In this document: piece after piece, positions 13,576-27,322 of the stretch
Layout of the letters: every line of letters begins with the position of its first letter
Numbering within the stretch: position 1 is the stretch's first letter
Assembly (NCBI RefSeq): GCF_964194025.1
Contig: NC_134470.1
Location: 37,014,001-37,078,000 of the forward strand
Length of the DNA stretch: 64,000 nt
Reading direction: 5' to 3'
From: Convolutriloba macropyga
Taxonomy: Eukaryota
The notes under the pieces: generated by a model
Database searches by the model: none
What the model was told of the DNA's origin: nothing
Seen by the model: the letters and a program-made list of their open reading frames with translations, nothing else
Program-made: the position numbers and the translations under genes

Positions 13576-14340
13576 TTAACTCCGCTATTCTGCAACCGAC
13601 TTTATATTAGCAACTTCGAGCAATAGAGATCACTCAAAAATGAAGAACGAAAGCGTGAAAAAGTCCGTTGAGAAATCAAAGAATCTAGAAGAAAAACGCA
13701 AAACTGTCAAGCAAAAAATTTGCATAAAACAAGACACACATATTTACAATAATTGCTATGAACTTCGTTCAAGAGCAATTAAAAAAATCAAACAATTAAA
13801 AAATTTGCAATATTAAAAATTCCAATGCCACTAGAAAAAATGCAGTGACCTACTATCAAACCCCAGTGGAGCATCTCTGGTCCCCTGAGGCTGGAAATAT
13901 AAAAAAAGTAAAAAAAATTTCAAAATTAGCAAAAATTTGCATAAGTTCTCGTGTTTACATTTATTATGTTTGCAGTACTATAACATTTAGCCCAAAAAAT
14001 TGTCACAAACAGTAATTATATCTTGGGAACGACCTTAATAAATTTTGACTAAAGTCATTTCGAGGACGATAAAAAACAATAACAATTACACAAACGTGAA
14101 AAATTGCACCATTTTAGGCTCAAAAACTCCTCAAAATGCCCTTTTAGCATTGAATTAAGGCGTTCTGAGCAGCTGCGCCACTCTAAGACATTGAAGGACT
14201 ACTAAAGTCGCCTTTGGCCTCTGTAGAAACTCGATGCTCATTGGGCCTTACTTGTTCATCCCGTTTTGAAAGATCAAAGTCATGATCTTTAGCATGATAG
14301 AACGATTATTTAAATGATCGATCGAAGCCATGATAATTTA

Positions 14341-16400
14341 AAAAGTGTAAAAACATATAAATAAGAACATCTTGACAAGTCGTTAAACACAATAACAGAA
14401 TTGGAAAAACACATGGCCGGCAGATTGCCGGAAAATAGCGGCCGTTTACGGGCTAAACGCACATCGGGATTGAAACAGAAAAGAAGAGATTGAAATTGAC
14501 AAAATTTTCCGCAGTTTCAATAATTGTTCGACTTCAGTTCGCAGTTTCAGTTAGATTCTAAACCTATAATTACTTCAGCTTCTAAACTGAAGGGTATTAA
14601 GCTTAATACTACCATCAGCCAGCAATCGCTCTAATGTACTTTGATATCCTAAAGCACTATGACTTAATGACCGAGCTTTATCAGTTTAACCTATCTCTTT
14701 TATATCTGCTCTTATGACATTGATCGTATTCACTACATTGCGTAATTCAATGCGTGAAAGAATTTAGAATCCATTCAGCTGAAACAGTGAGTGAGGTAAG
14801 TCAGAAGTCAATTGTGAAGTTTGACTTATTTGAAACGAAAAACGTGATCAAAAGACAAAGCAAATAAAAAAAGGAGATCACCTAAATAACATTTGAGAGG
14901 CAGACGGCAGCTATTAATTAGAACAACTGTATCAGAAAACTTCATCAGATCAATTGAACAATGCCAGCCAGAAAAACAATCTCGAGAAAGTTGAGAAACT
15001 AAAATGATGAAACAAACTAAACAAAAAGATATTCACTGCTAAAACTTTTCAAACTTTTACCCGGAATGCTAAATTCAATACATTTAAATATACCCATAAA
15101 CCCATGCACGAGCCTTGAAAGAGTTTTATTAGCCATTAAACATACAAAAAAACTCAAGCTATCACAAAAGCGTAAAAAACTGAAAATCGCATAACTTAAA
15201 ATTTTTTAATTTTTAATTTTAAATTTTGCAATTTTGAAAAACTCAAAACTTTTTTGTCTCTGGAGTCTGTCCACTAACCCAACTGTATGAACTAAAAAAG
15301 TTTCAATGGCCCGTGAAGTTCGATAAACTCAGAAAATGTCAAAATATTGCAAATTTCAATGAGTTTGCTAAATTTCGTGAATTTAATATTGTCAGAAATA
15401 AAAAGTGTAAAAACATCTAAATAAGAACATCTTGACTAGTCGTGAAAAACAGTAGAAAGAATTGGAAAAAAACATAGCCGGCAGATTGCCGGGAAATAGC
15501 TGCCGTTGACGGGCTAGACGCACATCAGGATTGAAACAGAAAAGAATAGATTGAAATTGACAAAATTTTCCGCAGTTTCAATAATTGTTCGAATTCAGTG
15601 CGCAGTTTCAGTTAGATTTTAAACCTATACTTTCTTCAGCTTCTAAACTGAAGGGTATTTGGCTTAATACTACTATCAGCTAGCAATCACTCTAACGTAC
15701 TTTGATAACCTAAAGCACTATGACTTAAAGACCGAGCTTTATCGGTTTATCAGCCCTCTTTTGATTTTGATCTTTTGACATTGACCGTATTCACCACATT
15801 GCGTAATTCAATGATTGAAAGAATTTAAAATCCATTAAGTTGAAACAGTGAGTGAAGTAAGTCAGAAGTCAAACATGAAAATTGTGACTCATGTAAAACA
15901 AAAAACGTGATCAAAAGGTAAAGCGAATTGAAAAAAAGGAGAGCGCCTAAATAAAAATTTGAGAGGCTGACAGCGGCTATTAATTAGAACAACTGAATCA
16001 GACAACTGCATCAGATCAATTGAACAATGCAAGCCAGAAAGGCAAACAATCTCGAGAAAGTTGAAACTAAAATGATGAAACATACTAAACAAAAAGATAT
16101 TCACTGCTAAAACTTTTCAAACTTTTACCCTGAATGCTAAATTCGATCCATTTAAATATACCCATTAACCCATTCAGGAGCCTTGAAAGAGTTTTATTGG
16201 TCATGAAAGACACAAAAAAACTCGAGCCATCACAAAAGCGTACAAAACTGGAAATCGCACAACTTAAAATTTTTGAATTTTTTTTATTTTAAATTTTGCG
16301 ATGTTGAAAAACTCAAAACCTTTTTCTCTCTGGAGTCTGCCCAGTAAACCAACTGTATGACCTAAAAAAGTTTCAATGGCCCGTGAAGATCGATAAACTC
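14341..16400. repeat. Old tandem duplication of a ~1060-bp unit
   Basis: aaaagtgtaaaaacat.taaataagaacatcttgac at 14341 and 15401, colinear throughout with many substitutions. Confidence 0.9.
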
Positions 16401-17762
16401 GGAGAAACAGAAGTTCCGAAAATTTGAAAATTCAAAATTAATTTTTAAAAAGTGCAAAAATTCGGGATATTAAAATGCTGACAACCACTCCATTGCCAAT
16501 AAAAACCATGCAGTAACCTATTATTAAACTCTAGAAGAAGTTGCCTGGCCCCTAGCTCACGAAAAACTCATAAAATGCCCAAAACAATTTCAAAAAAAAA
16601 ACTTGAAAAAAAAAGCAAAAATTAGCATCATTTTGCCTGTTTATGCTTGCAGTACCTAAAGATATAGCTCGTTATATGGTCGGAAAACTTTTATCGACAT
16701 TTACAAGCGTCAATTCAAGACTGATAAAAAAACTCGAAAAATGACAGAAAATTGCACCATTTTGGGCTCAAAAACTCCTAAAAATGGCATTTTAACCTTG
16801 AATTAAGGCATTCACAGCAGCTGCACCAGTCTAAGCAGTTGGGAGCAATACTGAAGCCAGCTTTGGGCCTCTAAAGAAACTGAACCTGATTGCCCACTGG
16901 GTCTTGCCTGTTTATCAGGTTTTAAAGCAAGTCATGAAAAATTTGTGAAAACATCTTACAAATAAAAAGGAACTGATCTGAAACAACTAAAAATTAGAAA
17001 TAGTCGTTTACAAACCGAGAACAACTAATAAAAAACTGAGAAAAGGACAGAAAGAAGACAATTTTAAAGCAAAAATAAATGTGATCAAGAAAAGCGGTGG
17101 TATTAAAATTAACTTTTCCAGCTAGTTGATCATAGCTCTCTGTAGCAGAGAAAATTGACTAACTAAACTTAAAATATAGTTTACACCATTGTTGAATTCA
17201 ATATAAAAATTTATCAATATTTCGCACAAATTTTGTCAGCAGACGCATGAGTTTCCATCAACATATCAATTTGCAAACAGGTTCTAACTAAGCATGAAGA
17301 AAGGGAGTTAGTTACTGCATCAGTTCATTGTGAAAGCTTACTACAAAACACTTCGGTTAATACATGGTTAAATCGTGTCGACAGAGTGACGTCACTGAAC
17401 TAAGATGTGACGAAGGAGTAAAATCTTTCATATTTCAAAACAAATTAATTAAGCAAGCTGATCAAAATTGACCAGCTCAATACGCTAAAGCCGAACGGAT
17501 TTGGAATTTGACTAGACAAATACTTGAAATTTTATATAAAAAAGATGGCATAAAAAAACAACAAGCCTCGGAGAGGTCATTAAGCACAAAAAATGCTAGG
17601 AAGTATTGCTGTTTCCACTGATGACTACGTAAATGAGTCTTTTTAACTCCTACTAAAAATGAAATTTGTACTCCAACGAATCATTTTTAATAGAAAAATG
17701 TTCTATCACTAGGATAATGCAGCCTGTCCTATTAAGAGCAATCAGACGAAGTAAAGACGTAC

Positions 17763-18065
17763 TAGTTTTGGAGGCGGACGAGGGGAGAGGATCATCATTA
17801 ATGTGGAGCACTAACCCGTCATTGCTGTTCATGTATATTGGGTCGCATTCAGCTGAGTGAAGCACAAAAGTGTGAATGACCACTTTGCTCAACAGGTTCT
17901 GAACTGTTGAAAAGTATTCTGAAAACTGCCATTTCAGAGCAAACACATTGGCCAAAATATGCTCAACCAGTTCTTTGCAGTTCTCAGATAACCTGCACTC
18001 TTTTGGCAGCGTTTTGGAATAGTTAATTGGCCCCGATTTGTAGAGTTGGCGACCAGATATAACAC
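17763..18065 (-). CDS. TBK1: TBK1/IKK-epsilon-like kinase exon (end of kinase C-lobe, start of ULD)
   Basis: ttttag acceptor, phase matches the previous exon; GVISGRQLYKSGPINYSKTLPKECRLS...HILANVF...WQFSEYF...LLSKVVIHTF resembles TBK1 GAISGVQKAENGPIDWS...VLANILE...ILHRMVIHVF. 3' end ambiguous (donor GTTAGT at 17815 or GTACGT at 17762). Confidence 0.85.
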
Positions 18066-18689
18066 CTAAAACGATCATAAGCATAATCGTTATTCTTTAG
18101 GTAATGTAACCTAATATATTTAGCCTGAAAGACATAGGCAGGACAGGGTTCTTGAAAATACCTACAAACTAAATGGTTTTAAATACTTGCACTCATTCGA
18201 TTTATGCGCTTAACGATATTATTAAAAAATTGATAAAATGTTTTCGTCCAAATTAGCAGAAAAGGAGCCCCTAAATGTAAAGAGCCTCGTGCGCGATTAG
18301 GTCCGAAATTTAAGTATTTTGATGGAATATCAAATTTAAAATTTAACATTAGGCATTTAAGCGAAAATGAGCTTTTTAAAAAGCTTCAGCTTAGCTTGAA
18401 TAACTGACTTTTTTGAAAGCGGCTTCCAATTTTGAAAAACTACACTTACTAACATCAAATCTGTGCTACAGCCAGCGAACCATCCCGAATATCGGCTCAA
18501 TTCCTCATAATATTTTTCTTAATGAGCTTTTTTTTATAAAAAAAAAACATAATTGAAATGAATGCAAGCCCACTAAGGGGGCTTCAAATGACAGCAATAC
18601 AGGTTATTAAATACCACTAAAACCACTAAAGAAAATTTCACCAATTTTGGCGAGCTTTTAATTTGACTTTAGGTAAATTGCCCTTAGGA

Positions 18690-19280
18690 ACGTGGTTAGG
18701 TTGGGGGTTATGTGGGAGGTTGCAGTTTGGGTAGAGATAGGTGTCTCGGGGGTAGGTGGGGTTATTGGGGAGGGGGTTAAGTAGGGGGTTATGTACGCAG
18801 GTGAGGGGATTGGTGGGGGTAGGTACGTGGGGGGGGGGGGGGGGGGGGTTAGTCAGGAGTTTTTGACAGGTAGGTTGTCTACAGATTAGGGCCATGTAAA
18901 AATTTTGTAGAAAACATAGCTGGTAGAATTCAGTAAACGACTCGAAGAGAGGTGCAAAAACTAACTAACCCTACCTATTTCAGAAAAATCAAAACTTAAA
19001 AGCAATATATAGTTGGAAACAACCCATTTTTAGATAGGAGGTGGGGGTTAGGTAGATGGACTGAGGTAGGTAGTTGGAAGGGTTAGGTTGAAGGGGGGTT
19101 AAGCATTAGCTAGTTGGAGGCGGAGGGGGCGTTCCAAGGTGCAAGGGTTTGGTGGCGGATTGGGGGCGTTGATGGGAGGGGTAAGTGGCGGATAGCTAAT
19201 AGGGTGCAGCGGGGGTGGGGGCGTTAGGCAGGGGTGATTGATAGGTAGGTAGTTTGCTCAGTCGTTTAGTTAGGTAAGGC
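18690..19280 (+). repeat. G-rich low-complexity tract (G-quadruplex potential); similar tract at ~60240-60410
   Basis: Numerous G3-G20 runs. Confidence 0.6.
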
Positions 19281-20232
19281 AGGACTGACAAAAATGGGAT
19301 CAAAAAAACTCAAAAAGAATTTTTCATCTTCAATATTACCAGAAGTTTCTAATTACTTTGCATTACAGTCTGAGCTACTGTTAAAGTCCAACGTTCAAAA
19401 ACAGAAGTCAGCTTTATATATTCGAACAAAGTTATACATTCGAAAAAAAATCAAAATTTGAGTCAAGAACAAACCGGCTTCAGTTTAAAAGAAGAAAGCC
19501 ATTAGATTACCAGAAACGTCTCAAGTGTCGTGCACTGAAAGCACTTAACTAATTCTCTTTAACTAAAGAATTAGTAATACCTCTTTCCCTAATTATTTAG
19601 GAATTATTATTGCTCTCACTTGGTCTAATTTTGTCTCTCTACTTGGTGTATTCGATTGTTTTGATGCTTGTGCTGATGTTTTATTGCTTCGCGTTTTCCT
19701 TCTTCCAATCTGACTTGTGCATTTCGTGGCCTGGGACTGTCTGATCTTCTAACTTTGTCAGGTCGGTATGCGTTTCTAATTATTGGGGGAGGGGGGGTTG
19801 GGTGGTGAAAGCAGGGGTAGATAAGTCTAAGGAGTTGGTCGTGGCAGTTAGTTTTGAGCAGGGGATAGAAGGGTTGAAGCTAGGTGGGGGCTGATAGGTA
19901 TGCGGTTGGTCTGTATCTTAGCTAGGAAAAAGAAACTTTTGTGGTATAAAAAATTCTCAAATTGACATTTTCACCTGGAATATTACAGAAGTTCCTTATT
20001 ACTATGAATTAAAAACTAAGCTACTGTTAAAGTCCAAAGTTCGAAAACCAAAGTCAACTTTCAAAAACAGATGTAATTGTTCGAATGGAAAGAAGTCATA
20101 ATTCAAGTCATGAACAAACTTGCTTCAGCTAAACATAACCGACTAAACGTCGGAAGAATTGCTCTCGAACGACTAGTGGGAGCTGTTATCAATTGCAGAC
20201 TGCTTCAGTCGGTGGGGAGGAGGAGGGAGGGA

Positions 20233-20470
20233 GGGGGAGCCTAAATGTGACAAAGAAGTTCAATAGTGGGCCTCAAATAACCACATTAGAGGTTAACATA
20301 TACCGCTATTAAGATTTAAAGTAAAAAATGGTACCAGTTTCGGCGCACTTTTCGGTTGACTTTAAGTATTACATTGCCGCCAATTGAGTTCAGCTGCTTG
20401 ATATTGTGATTGAGAGAGAATTTTAGATCACACAAAAAGTCAAGGGCGTAAAAGTCACTCGAAAAGTCAA
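20233..20470 (+). repeat. Dispersed repeat; second direct copy at ~23260-23508
   Basis: gggggagcctaaatg.gac.aagaagttcaatagtgggc.tcaaataaccacattagagg...aaaagtcaagggcgtaaaagtcactcgaaaagtcaaa is shared. Confidence 0.85.
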
Positions 20471-23400
20471 AATTGTCACGCAAAAATTTTGCATAAAAAG
20501 ACACACACGTTTACAATAATTGCTATGAATTTCGTTCAAGAGCAATTTAAAAAAATGTAACTCCAATACTCCTCTTCGAGTCGTAAAAACCAGTGTAAAA
20601 CCAATATTGCTCTTCAAGTCAGAAATACCTGTGTAATACCATTCTCCTCATCAAGTCATGAAAAGATCAACTTTGTTTGAGAGCACTTAATAATTTTATT
20701 GCTGAACCATCGATTCTGTAAAGTAACAGCCAGTAAACAATCAGTATCAAAAACTTCGACACCAAGTCAGTGCAGCCGCAAAGTAGTTCACTATAAAAAG
20801 GTATCAATTAGCTATGCATCTGACAAGGATCATCTGAGGCTAAGGATCCAGAAGTACGATCAATCTTCAAAAAAATCTATATCAGCTGAATCGAAAACTA
20901 AAATGATCAAACTGCCAAAGGTTTAAATCAGTTTTTGACCAAATTAAAGCAACCAGGAAATGGACTTGGTTGCCCTTTGAAATGTACGACCTTTTTGATC
21001 ATCACAAAGTATTTTAATCGCAGATAAAATTCTACACAATACGAACTTTCCATTTTTGTAACGAAAATCCCTAATCTGAGGAGCAAGAGTTATCCTTAAT
21101 ATGTCCCATCACTCAATTTAGCGTACAATAAAGTCATCCGAAACTTCTGCACTACTAAATTCAATTTTCATCGAGATGCAGTACCTATATCCAAAAAGTA
21201 AAAGCAGAATGATTGGACAGCAGTTATATTATACTTCAACATGTTAATGTTCCTTTTCTTACCTTTTTAAAAATATTTTTATGCAAGATGTAAGTTGTCC
21301 GTAGATTACCTTTTAAAAAATAAATAAACTTGAAATCGACCGGATTGCCAATACACATAGTGATGTCCAATTTAAATGAAATCAAATGTTTCACAATAAA
21401 ATTTCAGTTGAAATTCTTCAAGTGACATGCTCAGTTTGCATTGCTACCTCCTTCTCATTTCTAATTTCAATGCAATTATTCAACTCCCCTCTCACAGGGT
21501 GACTTGGAAAACAGCTTTTAAAAATCTGTAAAATGGGCAAAAAGTATCCTGCACTCTGGCACAAAAGAGCCAATTGGCTCTCCCGTTCGATAGTATTTAC
21601 TGGTTTCCCCTCTTTCTAGGCCAATCAGGAAAGGAATTTGTCAGTCAATAAGACTGTCTTCTCATTCATTGTACGGCAAATCGCAAAATAATTTCCATAA
21701 GGCTCAATTGTGGATTCAATTAGATCGAACGTATTGTGGTTTTCATCACTTCACATCCTTTTCTGTCCATCCTCGAATGTTAGTGATTTCAATTCGAACC
21801 TCATTCTTCTAATTCAAAAGATAAGATGCACGTGAAATGGCGAAACACTTCGCAAAAAATTTTAAGATCTCTGGTCATTGTGTCATTTGCATAAATTAAT
21901 GACATAAGATTAAATTTCAGAGCATGCCCAGGACTTTTGCTGCAATAAGATTTGCCCTCTGAGTATGAAATGGATATCCAACTAGGTAATTTCTAACGGG
22001 CGCCAGACACTAGGATAAACACCGCCTCTTTGCCCGATATTCAGGTATTCTTTTTGTTTGCGGATTACAGTTTCTTTCTGAGCGTAGTACCGAGCAATAC
22101 TGACTGAGTCCCCCAACAAATCAGAAATGAGTCTTTTTCCGCACATGACTCGAATCATTTTGCCTGATAACTTGATTACCATTCCCGTCAATATTTTTGC
22201 TTGTGATTAATTTTGATCAGGCAAAATCGAGAAGTCAGGGGGTAAAATCGTCAATCTAAAGGTCACATGGTTGGACGACCAATCGCAAAAAAAGACCAAC
22301 AGGACCAATATAATACCTACGAACTTGGTGTGACAAAAAGATTGCGAACACTCAAGATTCAAACTATTAATTGATCATCAATTCCACACTGCTTTATTTT
22401 TCATTTGCATAATACGTTTCGACTCAAGCACATCTTTTCTGTCTTAGATCTTACTTGCTCAAATGTTTAAAACTTACTGTTAAGATCGCTCTGCAAAAAT
22501 AATCAGGAGGAACAGATAAAAAAACAAAAACTGCGTGGGGCTATTACTTTTTTTCCGAAACACTGCCGGCAGACTGCAGAAACATGGTGAGGTTGAATCC
22601 AATCACTGCCAATAAAACCTACCAACGAATTCAGAATACGATGCACAAAATTAAATAAATGTTAAAAGAGGAGGCAGACAACGACATTTAACAAATTTAT
22701 TGAATAATTTTATACAAAGACAAATTACATTAAAATTGGTTATAACGCGCATTATCAAGCGTAGGGGAAGGTAATACTACTCTTTTGACGATTACGTAGT
22801 CGATTTCCAAAAAAGCGAGTATACATACTCGAAGTTGTCGGGTTTTTTTTACGACCTATGTCTTAGATTAGAGTTGTAAGCGTGCCTGGAAACGATTGAC
22901 CCTAGGCTAGTTAAGTTATATTTGCTTCAAAATTGGATTTACGTACTCTCACTTTTCAAAGCGTCTTCTTGGGGCTAGCGTGAAAACGTGATCTTTTGTC
23001 GCTGATTTTCACCCCATATGTCACTAGTTTCCACACTATAAGCAACTCTTTCCAAATAACTAAGATAGTGTCAATTAGACCGAAATGAAAGAAGTCCAAT
23101 TGGTGATTTATTTTTGAAATTTCCCACTCAATACAAATTGCGCATTAAGAGGAGAATTAGCAGTTTTTCGATTAGCTAAAACACTGATTATAAGAACAAA
23201 TAAGTGTTTGAATTTGGTCTCACTCAAGTAAATACAAATAAAATTCGGGCAATAAAGTTGGGGGAGCCTAAATGGGACTAAGAAGTTCAATAGTGGGCTT
23301 CAAATAACCACATTAGAGGTTAACATATACCACTATTAAGATTTAAAGTAAAAAATGGCACCAGTTTCGGCGCACTTCATTCGACTTTTAGTATTAAACT

Positions 23401-23586
23401 ATTAAATTCCCGCCATTTGAGTTCGTCTGCTGGAAATTGTGATTACGCGAATTTTAGATTACGCGAAACGCAAAAAGTCAAGGGCGTAAAAGTCACTCGA
23501 AAAGTCAAACGAGAGCAATTAATAAACTTAAAATTAGTTAATTAAGTTCTTGACAAATAATGCTAATAACAAGGCCATTTATTAAC

Positions 23587-23779
23587 CTGATGGCATTTTG
23601 TTCACAATTTCCACATGTTTCGCAGGATTTAAACGGCATCCCTCATAAGGCTCGAAGGGAAGGTGGCCTGTTACTGCGTGAAAAAGAGTCGCACCCAGAC
23701 TCCAGATGTCAACAGAGGCGTCAAAGCACTTCTCAAGAGGGTCTCTGGGATTGTACCATCGAGAGAAAAGTTGGGGGTG
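23587..23779 (-). CDS. TBK1: TBK1/IKK-epsilon-like kinase exon (subdomains VIII-X)
   Basis: AG/GT-bounded, 193 nt; HPQLF...DASVDIWSLGATLFHAVTGHLPFEPYEG...NKMPS. Confidence 0.93.
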
Positions 23780-24244
23780 CTTAAAACAGACAAATGTGTT
23801 CAAAAATCGTGAACAGTACATTTATTAAGTCAGGTCTCTAAGTGAACCATTGAAAAAAAACTTAGAAAAAAACTTAGATTCAAATTACGGCTCATTTTTT
23901 ACTTTATAGGTATCGTAATTTCGGGCTAAAGTTAAGCCGCTTAATTTAACGTATTGGCTGTCATTTAGGTTCTGACAGGCTTTACTATTACTCTTTGCCC
24001 ACGACACAATTCTGTTGCAAAAGGAAATATATTTTAGTCAAAACGGAAAGCTAACCCAAAACTGTGACAAAATTCTACACGAAATATTTCCATGACAGAA
24101 ACAATCTCGAATTAATTATTTTCCTCCATCGGAATAATGAGCAAAGACTTCAAAGAAGCCAATCTGATCGGACTTTTTAAGTACTCTAAGCTGGTTGAAA
24201 CTGTTTGCTTGAAATCATTATTACTTGGAATTTGTTTGACTTAC

Positions 24245-24435
24245 AAGGTACTCGTGCGTTCCATGAATGGACTCGAAGGACTCCTGGTGCTGGAGGAAGC
24301 GGGCAGCACCGAAGTCAGTGATTTTGTAGATGACCTCTTGTCCTCCTTGGGAGTCACGGAGGAACCGCATGATGTTGTTGGGCTTGAAATCCCTGTGCAC
24401 AATGTTCCTCTCTCGCAGGTAATTCCACCCTCTCG
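24245..24435 (-). CDS. TBK1: TBK1/IKK-epsilon-like kinase exon (catalytic loop, DFG, activation loop); not in the ORF track in this frame
   Basis: AG/GT-bounded, 191 nt; [25 protein letters not shown]...[29 protein letters not shown]. The E-x-x-x-S activation loop is TBK1/IKKe-type rather than the S-x-x-x-S of IKKa/b. Confidence 0.95.
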
Positions 24436-25498
24436 CTTAATGTAAATGCAAAAAAATAGACACAAAAAACATGAACCACTAGCAACGGGCTAATTGCTCA
24501 AAACGACCGGCGAGCGATTGCCTTTGGTCGTAGCCCTCTGGGGCTTAGGGATTCAGGCATTAGGGGATTCAAGAGTCAAACCAGGGGCTCTACTCTCGAC
24601 ACGTGGATTGGCTAGGCTTTGGTTGTTGCAGCTACCTTAAGCTTGGGCAACTAGCTCGACTGAATGAGAGGGTGTGGGCAGAGGAAAGAGGAGCATAAGA
24701 AAGGAGGGCAAAAACCACTTAAAATGACCCGCTACACCATGAATTTACATGTCTATACAGTAGAATTTGGCGAGGGGAAGGGACCAAGGGATGAATATCG
24801 TAAAATAAGTCTCTTCAGCAGTTTCGGTGAACCGCACAGTTAGAGATTAGTAGGACTTACATAACTGATCAGTGAGTTTGGGCCCTCAGGCTGTAGCGGT
24901 TTATCACGTCTACAGACAATCAGGCTAATACTATGCTCAGATGAAAAGCATAAAAAGCCTAACTTCACTATAGCAATTGCTAGAAATTTGTTTCAGGGCA
25001 AATAATGACCACAAAACCAATAAAAGAATCGAAAACGGTCCAACAAACTTCGCAAAAAACAGACACCACTAAAATTATTGGCTCAAACATCCTTCCAGAC
25101 GAATTGATCAACATAAAAACTCTGAACTATTAGCAGCCGAAGTTTTCAAACAAACAACCAAGAAACCTAGTTTGATTTCATTCGTTTCTTTGGCTCATTT
25201 AGCAAATGATTTCTTGGGAATAAACGTCAATTAACAACAATTTTGGTTGTTTTTATTTTTCATAGCTCAAGCAAAATGCATAAGCTAAACAAAATGTCAA
25301 TCGCTGCGAATTTCAACAAAAGAAAACAAATGCAGAGTTAGTTAAAACAACGCTACAGGAGATCAAAACAATTATGAACGATTATGCTGCAAGAGCAACA
25401 AAAAGAAAATAAGAGAAAAGGAAGAAAAACGCAATATTAACCCAATATATTGGCAAAAATAGCAGCAGAAACGTCTGCTCAAAAAACTTCTCAAAACC

Positions 25499-25504
25499 CC
25501 ACTG
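25499..25504 (+). repeat. Left target-site duplication CCACTG
   Basis: Identical hexamer at 53249-53254 immediately outside the other TIR. Confidence 0.95.
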
Positions 25505-25615
25505 AGAAGAATACATATGCCGATAGGGTGATATTAGGCACCCAATCAGCACATGCATTCTTCCTCGGTTTTCGGAACCTACCCGACAATGAAATTGTTC
25601 TAATTTTAGAAACAC
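25505..25615 (+). repeat. Left terminal inverted repeat
   Basis: Reverse complement of 53139-53248; 79 of the outer 83 nt identical, looser over the inner ~28 nt. Confidence 0.96.
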
Positions 25616-25616
25616 C

Positions 25617-26676
25617 TCATTTTAGAAAAAAACAAATTAAAACAAGGAGCTGCAACCTCCTCATAATTCCGCCTATATGGTTTACGTGCTTTATGAGGCT
25701 GTTGTTATTTAGAGTTTCAGCCCGTTCGAGGCGACGCAGCAATTGTGAAGGGGCTTCGTCGTCACCAATTTGTTCAGCCTGCTCAACTTCAAGGCCGGCA
25801 AGATCATCTGCCTGCCTTATGATGCTGCGGAACTGATCAACCATTTGCTGTAAAAACAAAAAAACAAAGTATATAAAGAATCCTTTACTAGAACTGTCCG
25901 CATCAGCTTTTCCCAAGACATCAACAACATTAGACAGGATCAAAATGCATTGAAAACTATTTAAGCTCACCCTGTCTCTCTCCTCTGTTTATTCTCCTCG
26001 TGTTGGGTGAAGCATTTCTGTTGGTTGCAGGTAGAGAAAGGAACCGTATTTCAGCGGCCTCACTTTCTTCATATGAGGGAGGTGGATCATCGGACACCCC
26101 GGTATTTTCGAGTGCCTGATTCGACACCTCAGCAGTATTTGGTGACTCAGGCGACGAGAGAAATACTGATTCCTCCAAAACTCTGGCGGCTTCATTCAGC
26201 AAGCCGTCACTGTTGTCATCATACCTTCCAACATGACGGCCCAGGAAAACCTAGGCTTGAGTTAAAGCCTGTCTTTCTCCGTCTCTTGGACATCCATACA
26301 TTCGGAGGAGATGGCAAAACTGCAACAGATTAGAACTGAAAGGCCTCGTATTCGCCCTCTCTTCTTCTTCCAAGGCCATCCGACTATCATCATCATCGTC
26401 CGAGGAAGAGGAGTCTAGAATATACTGCGCACCTCGGCGTCGAGGTCTCAATCTGAGCCTCCTGTTCATGGAAAATGGCTCCTCATCGTCATCTTCCACT
26501 TCTTCCAGAGAATTTTGCGCACTTCCGTTTTCATACACTAGTGCTAACTCATCTCCAATTTCCATTTCCAACTGAGGCGACGGAGGGATAGACACATCAC
26601 TTGCGTTATTGTCCGAGTTAGGATAGTCGACTAACATGGCAGAAGCAGAAATAAAATTTGAGTTGGTGCTCGACAT
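25617..26676 (-). pseudogene. Maverick accessory gene: acidic/disordered protein with PPPSY motif and helical C-terminus, probably spliced
   Basis: Three consecutive minus-strand ORFs; ATG at 26676 preceded by tttag; a 41-nt GT-AG intron at 25848-25888 restores SWEKLMRTVL|QMVDQFRSII. Confidence 0.55.
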
Positions 26677-26883
26677 TCTAAATAACTTTTTGGAAATTTT
26701 TAGGTCTGCATGTTTGTTTATTTTACTGCTTCATTTGTTTTTTTTTCTATTTTTTCTTAGTCTGTCGGATCAACTCCATCCTCTTATCGCAAAAGAAAAA
26801 TTAAATCTAATTTTGATAGCTTGCACAAGTTTTGCAAGAAAAAAATCAACTTTTCAAAGAATTTATTTTCATTGTAGAAATAC

Positions 26884-27322
26884 TTAATTTTCAGCAGCAA
26901 ATTGTAGCAACTCTTCTTCAGTTAGATAAAAAGAAAAAGTTCGGGTCGGTAAATAGATACAGTGAGCAAAGTATAAACAGTACAATGCACACAGTTTACT
27001 TGTCGCTAGCTGTTTGAACAAGGGACGAATTTCGACATATTTAATGGATGTATTTTTTGTAGAGTTTCTGCAGTCTTTTAAAAATACTCGGGAAAACTTC
27101 GTGAAGATCTCGTTTGAAGCAGTCGTAGAAAAGTAGTTGTCCATTACTGTCTGCGATCAAAAGCCAGTGTTCCCAAAAAAAGCAAGATGGTTGATTGTTA
27201 ACAATAACAAATTTGTTTCGCTGAATGAAAGGGAAGTTCTCCGCAGAATAACAGACAAGGTAACGCAGGCTAAGCTCAGAGTGTTTACTGACAAAACGAT
27301 CAATGTCACTGTTGTCAACCAT
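26884..27322 (-). pseudogene. Adenain-like cysteine (capsid maturation) protease
   Basis: IVNN...EHWLL (His), FYDCF (Asp), and after a frameshift QLATSKLCALYCLYF (Gln, Cys); start overlaps the capsid stop. Confidence 0.9.

Noticed and set aside
20560-22480. Possible decayed coding insert between two repeat copies
   Set aside because: No recognisable motif or termini found by eye
24137-24465. Annotated ORFs 24137-24445 (+) and 24241-24465 (-)
   Set aside because: Shadow frames; the real kinase exon is in another minus-strand frame
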